64,000 bases of DNA from Octopus vulgaris (Eukaryota), in NCBI GenBank assembly GCA_951406725.2, contig OX597814.1, forward strand, positions 81,964,001 to 82,028,000. Direction: 5' to 3'. Positions within the stretch are counted from its first letter, which is position 1; every line of letters begins with the position of its first letter. Below, piece by piece: positions 55,041-64,000 of this stretch. Under the pieces are notes generated by a model. The model was not told the DNA's origin and ran no database searches. It saw only the letters and a list, made by a program, of their open reading frames with translations. The position numbers and the translations under genes are program-made.

Positions 55041-55502
55041 CATCGCGTAACATTGTTATTTATTTTCATTTTTTGTCTTTGGTTAGTAAGTTTTATTTCC
55101 TATTTGCTTCTATGACTACTATTCTCTTCGAACTTTGCTTTTGTGACCTGGACATCAATGTTTTGAAACTCACCTATTTTCCATTACATTTCAGCACTGA
55201 GTTGGTGAAGCAGAAATATTGTTATAGCAAATATTCTGCTCAATGCCACAGATTTGCTTGTCAGTTATTTGACCTAAACCACTTGAGCATGTTCCTTAGT
55301 GACTGACAATATGTGCATCTCAAATCACGGGCAGAAGTAGTGGAGTATCGTAAGCAAGTATTGTGAGGGATTCTTTGGAGTTTGAATTAATGTAACAAAA
55401 ACAAAATTTGAAGGAAATATTAGTCATTTTTCATACTTTCTAGGGGTAAGCAAATAGGAAATAACAGTTGCTACACGAGAACAAAAATCGTGTTACACAG
55501 TG
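55041..55502. mobile_element. MITE, second copy of 18635-19116
   Basis: Collinear homology; TA on both sides. Confidence 0.75.
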
Positions 55503-56252
55503 TAATACGAGACTCAGTGTTTGGAATGTTTGTACTGTACCTGTATTAAAAGTATCATTAAGAAATTCGACGAGAGGGCCTGTGTGTGATTGCTTGACCT
55601 GCTAGATTTAGTAGGCAAATACTTTCAAATCACACGCTACCGACTTAAATAAAGGAAACATAAAATAACAATCATATACCTCTAAAACTTCGGAAAGATC
55701 TTGGTTAGAATGTTTTTGATCATAATTTTCTACAATCAGAACTGACTAGGGCTAAATAAAACACCAACAGCAGCAGCAACATCAACAACAACAATAACAA
55801 AGCTGCAAAGTTTCATTCATTGTTACTGAAATGTTAATATATTATTTGTTAATTTAATATCATACTTTTGATGTAAGTCTGACGAAATGCCAGTCTATTG
55901 TCTAAAAATGCAAACATTACGTAAATTTCCGCTTCGAACTTTTGCGTAAACTGGCGTTGCAAGCAGAGTTGGTACAAAAACTATCGTAACGTATCATTAA
56001 AGATGTGTTAAAGAATTTCCTTGTCTTATTATTTGGATTACACACACACACACACACACGCACGCACGCGCGCACACACACACACACGCACGCACGCACG
56101 CGCGCACACACACACACACACGCACGCACGCACGCGCACACACACACACACACACACAAACACACACATAATCAGCCTATATGTAGTTACTCTACCAGGC
56201 AGAAACAGCTGCCAAATCTCCCCCAAACCATATTCTGCAAATCTTAGAAATT

Positions 56253-56332
<80 letters not shown>

Positions 56333-56859
56333 TATGTATGTATGTATGTATGTATGAATGTATATCCATACATACTGTCACGCATCCACACATAACACAT
56401 TGATATATATTCAAGCGTAACACATCAATCTCCACTTTAATTAGACTCCCGACGACGTCACATCATCATTAACCATGACGAAGTGGTGGAAAAAAGAAAT
56501 AACAAAATAGTAAGATAATTCTGAGAGAAATCAATATACACAAGTATAAAATGACGGCCATTTCTTTAAACTAACAGCTGTTCCAACATCGATATTTATA
56601 CACATACATATATAGTTATTTGCTGTTCACACCCGTGTTCACACCCCCATGCAAGCGCACCCGCTCGTCTTTCACAGCATGGCTATTTTTCATGCGAAAA
56701 TTTATACATACATAGATACATACATACATACATACATACATACATACATACATACATACATACATACATACATACATACATACATTTTTGTTATTCAACA
56801 AATCTGTAATGTTAGAGGTGCGGGAGCACAGAAGGAACCTAAAGTAGCTAGACTACAAG

Positions 56860-58522
56860 AAAGTCTTTAACTCTGTAAACCATTCATGGATGCATGAAGC
56901 CCTTCAACTTGCTAAAGTTCTAGTGAGGATAGTCAACGCCATAACTGACCTGGCTTCGCCGTGGCCACCATCTTGAAATTAAACGCTAGGAGTGACTGTA
57001 TTATCACTGATAGAAAACAGTATCGCAGAAGCTTATTCCAAGGGGCATATTCCTCTCTGTGATGCTGTTTATATTTCTGTAAACCCGTTGTCATCCATGT
57101 TAAGTAAGTCTGATGGATATCTCACTGGTTCACAAGGAAACAGAAGTACTAAAATTACATACTGTTCCTTTATGGGTGACTTGAAACTATATGGAAAGAA
57201 CGTGCATAAGATGAAAAAGACCCATGACCTGGTTACAACATTCTCAAAGGATACAGGGCTGAAATTTGGTCAGGAGAAATGTTGCTATCTGGTTGTGAAA
57301 AGAGAGAAAACTGTACACCAGACTAGCAACATCTCCATCAATGTCCTAACTGATTCCCCTATACCTGATAAGGGATGTTACAGATGTCTAGCAGTGGATG
57401 AAAACATATCTTACAATAGCACCTGTAACAAAACACGTTTCACTAAAGAAATTACAGCCTAAAAAAGAAAATCTGCATTCAATAAAACAAGGCTGCAGTG
57501 TCTGCAGTGCCAGTACCCATACCGACATTGGACGCTTGATGAAATCCGAGCCATTGACGTGAAAACCCAAAAGATACTAACCAATACACATAATTTCCAT
57601 ATCAACTTCTCTGCCTAAAATGGAAACAAAGTGGCAGAGGCTTAACATCGATCCAAACTGCTTCGAATATCGTATTATATCCCTTCGGCAACATCTTTTA
57701 ACAACCAAGTGCATCCTTTGACCAAGTTTGCATACATGAAGCTGATAACATCATAAGACTTGGAAGGCAGCTCCTTGAGCTGCATTCCTTGTTTGATAAT
57801 ACATGCCCAAAGAAGTCGCACGGCTCTACCGTAATATATCATCAGATGAAAGAATGAGCGTATATGAAAAGACCATGCATGGATATGTTAGTAGAAAGCT
57901 CCGAGATGATAGTAACATTGAACATCAAAGCAGTCTATCATGGACCAATAACTGGATTACTACCTCCCACTTTGCAATCCAGAAACAGGGAATATCAACC
58001 AAATACCTGATGCACGAAAGATGCTGGAAAGCAGTAAAATGTGACAACCGATGCAGACTATGTGAAGTTAACACAGAAGATATCACCCACATCATAAGCA
58101 GCTGTCCGAAAATGTCATTACAATATTACCTAACGATGAGACATGATGTTGTAACTACCCCGAGAACAAAGAAATAAGAATCCACAGTACGGTGAAAGCC
58201 ATAGCCACTCATAGTAAAAATGAGTAGTGGTGGAAGGTTCCAGTGAAAAGCTCAATAAAAATGCAAACACACTTGACCTGATGTAATAATTTGGGATAGA
58301 AAGGAGAAACTGTGTACAGTTGTGGAAATCAGCTACCTGGCAGATGTTAATATACAGCTGAAGATCAATGAACTCTTGAGAAATCTGCAGTTACTCAATC
58401 CAGATTACAAGTTCAGATTTATACCTGTAATTACTGGAGCCTTAATACCAATCTTGAGAAATTAGGCTTCAGAAAACCAGAAAAGAAAAAAGGTGACTCA
58501 TTGGCTACAGATCCAAGCCATC

Positions 58523-58526
<4 letters not shown>
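56860..58526 (+). mobile_element. RLE-type (R4-like) LINE, RT through endonuclease, degenerate
   Basis: HSWM, FMGDLKLY, GLKFGQEKC, CRLC..HIISSC knuckle, RHDVV, PDVIIWD..VVEIS. Confidence 0.9.
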
Positions 58527-58571
<45 letters not shown>

Positions 58572-59167
58572 GCGTGTGTGGGTGTGTGTGCGTGTGTGAT
58601 TAAGGAGAGAAACGGAAGATGGAAGATAGGAGAATCTTTATTAATCACTACAATTATTTCGGTCTATCTAGCATAGATCTCTCGTCGTGGGATGCTATGC
58701 AGCTGGTTTAAGTGTAACCCTTGGTGTAGTGTACCAGCCAGAGCCAGTGGACCACACCACAGAATCTGTGACTTCTCACCAGGCAATGTCGTATCACTAA
58801 CCACTGATAGCCACTGTCTATATTAATAACTACTTAATTCTGTGTGTGAGCGTATGCGCACCAGACCACGCTTGGGTGCGTGCTTGTATGTGCATGTGCG
58901 TTTGTGCGAGCGTGTGTACGTGCGCAAGACCACGTATCTGTGAGCGTTTGTACATCCATATCTACGAACTGTTATATCTAATACTTTTTTTGCTGCATTG
59001 TGTACTTGTTTCCTTTTGTATGTGATCTTTATTATGAATCTTGCAAACTGACCGTACATTTGCCCCCCCTCTTCTTCTACGCTTTTTCTTTCTTTTTTGT
59101 TCATTTCTTCTTTAAATTTTTCTTTTTTTAAAAATGTCTCTTTAGTTACACAACTCCATTATTATTA

Positions 59168-59250
<83 letters not shown>

Positions 59251-59634
59251 ATATCATCATCATCATCATTATTATTAAGGCAGCAAGCCAGCAAAATGCT
59301 TAGCACTCCGAACAAAATGCTTAGCATTTCTGATCAAAATGCTTAGCCGCATTTCGTCCGTCTCTCCCTTCTGAGTTCAAATTTCGCATGGGTCGACTTT
59401 GCCTTTCATCCTTTTGGGGTCGATAAAATAAGTACCAGTTCAGCGCTGGGGTCGACGTAATCGACTTCCCCACCTCATCAAAATTGCTGGTCTTGAGCCA
59501 ATATTTTGAAACAATTATTATTAATTTCAAATTCCACTGAAGTCGTCTTTGCCTTTCACCCCTTTCGAGGTCAATAAAATAGGTATTGGTTGAGCATTGA
59601 GATTGATGTAGCAGAACATCACCCTGCCAACAAA

Positions 59635-60085
59635 GTTTGTAGCTTTGGCGAAAGACATTTTGTGGTAGATGAGAGTGTAAGGGCTGAAAATAGGAACCTT
59701 CCTCGCTGAGATAGCCCTTATTAACTTTTTGAAGTTTCACTTCAAATCGGAAATAAGGGTGCAAACAGAAGTGGGGCCTCCCAGCTAATTATGTTGAAAA
59801 GTGAATGGAAGTGCTAGGCACAGTCCAAGTGTACGAACCTGCGCTGAGCATGGACCTGTCTATTGGAGGACAGCTGGTAGAAGGCACTTGATTTACTGGT
59901 CTGAGTGATCGTGGCTTTTGTGGACTTCCCGCTTGTAGTTACCGGAGGGCTCCCTCCGCTTTTAGAAAATGATTTTTTTATTTGTTATTTTCCTTGTTTA
60001 TAAGTTCTGTTCTTTTTATATGATCCTACACTGTTGTGTATTGTACAGTCTTCGTTCTTTTTTCAGCCTTTGTGAATAAAGAAAG
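59635..60085 (+). mobile_element. 3' end of an L1/Tx1-like LINE
   Basis: FVALAKDILW*MRV*GLKIGTFLAEIALINFLKFHFKSEIRV resembles Tx1 ORF2 C-terminus; followed by UTR and AATAAA near 60075. Confidence 0.55.
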
Positions 60086-60116
60086 CATTATTATTATCAC
60101 TGTTATTATCGTTGTT

Positions 60117-60940
60117 AAGGTGGTAAACCGGCAGAATCGTTAGCACGCCGGGTAAAATGCTCGCGGCATATCGTCCGTCTTTACGTTCTGAGTTCAAATT
60201 CCGTCGAGATCGACTTTGCTATTCATTGTTTCGGGGTCGATAAAATAAGAACCAGTTGAGTACTGGAGTCAATGCAATCGACTATCCCCCACCTCCAAAT
60301 TTTCAGGCTTTGTGCCTATAGAAGAAAGGATTATTATTAGTATTTTTTGTTCATTGGTAGAATATTCCAACAACTGACAAATGATTGTTTAGAATCCATT
60401 GGCTTTTCCGTCGTCTAAACCTGTCTTTGAAGACAATTAGTTTTCATTAATCGATCTTAATATGTTGGATTTGATTACCACTAGTTACTCCTAATTAATA
60501 TTGATTTCAAATTTTGACACAAGGCCAGTAACTTGAAGAGAGGTCTAAGTTGATTATATCGACCCCAGTGTTCAATTAGTATTTAGTTTATCGAACCCGA
60601 AATGATGAAAGGCAAAATCCAACACGGTGGAATTTGAACTCAGAATATGTAGACAGAGGAAATGCCGCGAAGCATTTTGCCCAGTGTGCTAACGATTCTG
60701 CCGCCTTACTAGGTGTAATTAATACTGGTTTTAAATTTTGGTACAAGGCCAGTAGTTTCGGGGGAGAGGTTAAGTCGATTACATCGACCCCAATGCTATA
60801 CTGGTACTTATTTTATTAACCCCAGAAAGAGGAAAGGCAGAGTCGACCTCGGCGGAATTTGAACTCAGAACGTAAAAACGAGCGAAATGCTGCTAAGCAT
60901 TTTGCCCGGCGTGCTAACGATTCTGCCAGCTCGCCGCCTT
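60117..60940. mobile_element. Three short-family SINE copies (one plus, two minus)
   Basis: Head, core and tail motifs at 60117-60335, 60497-60708, 60720-60940. Confidence 0.85.
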
Positions 60941-61439
60941 GCCAGGGATAATTAGTATTTCTTATTTTACCACATATTCATTCCCATTTTGTTTCATGGG
61001 TTTGACAGAAGCAGAAAGATATCACTCATGGCAATTTTACTCGGACTCTGAGACTGTGGTGGATGAAAGAGAACAAGGCAAGGTCAGAAGTTATTGTTAG
61101 AACGTTAGACTAGATACCTGCTCCGAATGACTGTATTAAAGTAGACTCTGTGAGAAATAGTCGTCGAATAAAAACCCTGTTCAACACGCCAATGCTTTTA
61201 AATAAGGCTAATGTAGTCCTAGCGACATTGTATAAGAAAGAAATGGTGTTAACACTGCAAGGACTTTTATCATAAGTTTTCTCAATCGCGCGCATGTACA
61301 CACACTCACACACGCGCGCGCACAAAACGTCTTGAAGCATAAATGAATATATAACCTAAAAATGACTAAAGAATTGTACACTCGAAAACCAGTTTTTCTT
61401 CTAGAAAAATATGTAAAGGTGAAGTATCTATCTAGGTGA

Positions 61440-62156
<717 letters not shown>

Positions 62157-62756
62157 CGTATATATTTTATTCTTGGACTAGTTTTTAATCACACTGATGG
62201 ATTTGTTTCGTATTATGCATGATTTATTCCGCATCGCAAAGTTTTTGTATATATTTCCACATATTTCTTAAGGAAAACCTTCGACTGTTATATACAAATA
62301 TTATTTTCTTGTTTAGGATTCTGCTTTTATTCTATTTCATTTTATTGTATTTTATAAACCCATTTTAATCGTTTAATGTATAGATAATTCGATATTGGGT
62401 GTTCTATTTTGCATGTCTTTTATCTAAGTTTTATTATTATGCAGTCAGCAATTTTTTAAAATAATGTTGTCATGACCTAGACATGTTTTTATGTGAATAT
62501 TTGTATTGTTGGCATGCATATGTATTCGTATGTATGGGCCTATGTATATGTGTAAGTAAGCATGCATGTTTATATTTATGCACATACATACATGGATGTA
62601 TATGTATGCATGTATTCACTTGAATTTGTCTGGATGTGTATTTACGTACTTATCTCTCTATATTTATATATGTGTTCATATATGCGTATTTACTACTAAT
62701 CATACACTATATACACATGATACACTTTTATATCACTTTTATATACACATGTATAC

Positions 62757-62789
<33 letters not shown>

Positions 62790-62792
<3 letters not shown>

Positions 62793-64000
62793 ACGATGAG
62801 AAAATGGAGAAATAAATAACAATGAGAAAGAAAGTTGAAGGAAAAAACAGGAAAAAGAAAATATTCAATAATTCGATAGTCTTACATTTTAGTTAGGTTC
62901 AAAGTTCGATAAATCAGTTGTAGGATAGATGAGAAGAGAGTTAGTTAGTTGAATCTAAGGTCTCATAATTAGTTACTAACATAGCTTACACGTATCCGTA
63001 GGTTTGGTTAGTTGACCGCCGGTGTAATCCGAGGGAGTTATCGCTACTGGAGATATCCGGTGTAGTTCTATGGACCTATGCGGCACTAATTTATAAGTTA
63101 GTCTGTATATTTTCAATGGAAGCCGTAATATAAGGGTAAAGTTTATATCTAGAATCTGTACGATATAGAGAATTGTCATTTGCTTTCATCTCTGCAGCCA
63201 CATAAATTATTAAATTTAACTGTGCGCATGTTGTGTTGAGGGGGTTATTATTTATCAGGTCGTTGTCCGTGTTATTTGAGGACGAGCTATTAGGGCTGAC
63301 ATTTATTATATCGTCGATTGGTTGCTATATTTTATGTTGTTATTTTTTCCTAGTTTCTATGATAGTAGCCAGGTTACTAGTTAAGCTATGACCAACTCTA
63401 ATTTTATTCTTAAAGATTTCAGAGTATTTGTTATTTAAGTTCAAGTGCTTGTCTATAAGTCTCATTATGGAATGTACTATGTTAGTTTTAAGCTGCATCG
63501 CGAAAGGCATTATTAACCAGATTTCATCACTATTTCTTTTTTTTTTTTTGTGTTATTATTTTTGGTGTAGAATCTGTCCTCAGTATTCTTGTAGAGTGTA
63601 AAGTTATGGTTATGATTATTATATATCTTTCTGTAGTTATTTTTATTATTATTACTATCAGTTTTATTGGGGTTATTTCTGTACAGTTTATTTAATTTAA
63701 ATAGCTTGGTATAATCATTCTTAACTGGGGTTATATTGGTTCTTTGGAGTGCGTTATTTTTATTCGTATTAATATTAAATTTTTTATTGTTAGTCATATT
63801 AGTATTTTTAATATTATTAATTTTCACATTGTTGGTATTACTTTTGTTATCATTTTTAATGTTGCTAATTATCTTAGTTTGAAACTTATCATTATTCCTA
63901 CTGTTTTTTGTTGTTGTTATTATTACTTTTAATTTTATTAATGTTGTTCATATTGTTGTTATGGTTGTTAGTGTCATTTGGAGTATAGTTACTGTTATGA
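62790..64000 (-). mobile_element. Second, more degenerate Naiad-type PLE
   Basis: EIWLIMPFAMQLKTNIVHSIMRLIDKHL..IFKNKIRVGHS linker (63525-63330), CGCR knuckle, ILYIVQI..CKLC relic; Asn-rich upstream region; 3' end abuts (TA)n. Confidence 0.75.

Overview
AT-rich, microsatellite-saturated eukaryotic DNA with no supportable intact host gene. It looks like intergenic or intronic sequence of a coleoid cephalopod, probably Octopus; this is inferred from microsatellite density and repeat types, not checked by search. Nearly all listed ORFs are microsatellite artefacts. Recognisable coding relics all come from transposable elements: L1/Tx1, CR1-like and R4/Dong-like (RLE) LINEs, a Tc1 and a Merlin transposase, Helitrons, and two Naiad-type Penelope-like elements (PLEs). 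There are also many tRNA-derived SINEs and MITEs. The most interesting signal is a set of non-coding fold-back inserts sitting in (TA)n/(TG)n tracts that carry minimal type I hammerhead ribozyme motifs. The best case (37171-38312) is a very young, circularly permuted 559-nt unit in partial tandem plus inverted arrangement, resembling a retrozyme or non-autonomous PLE. Boundaries were read by eye and are approximate.
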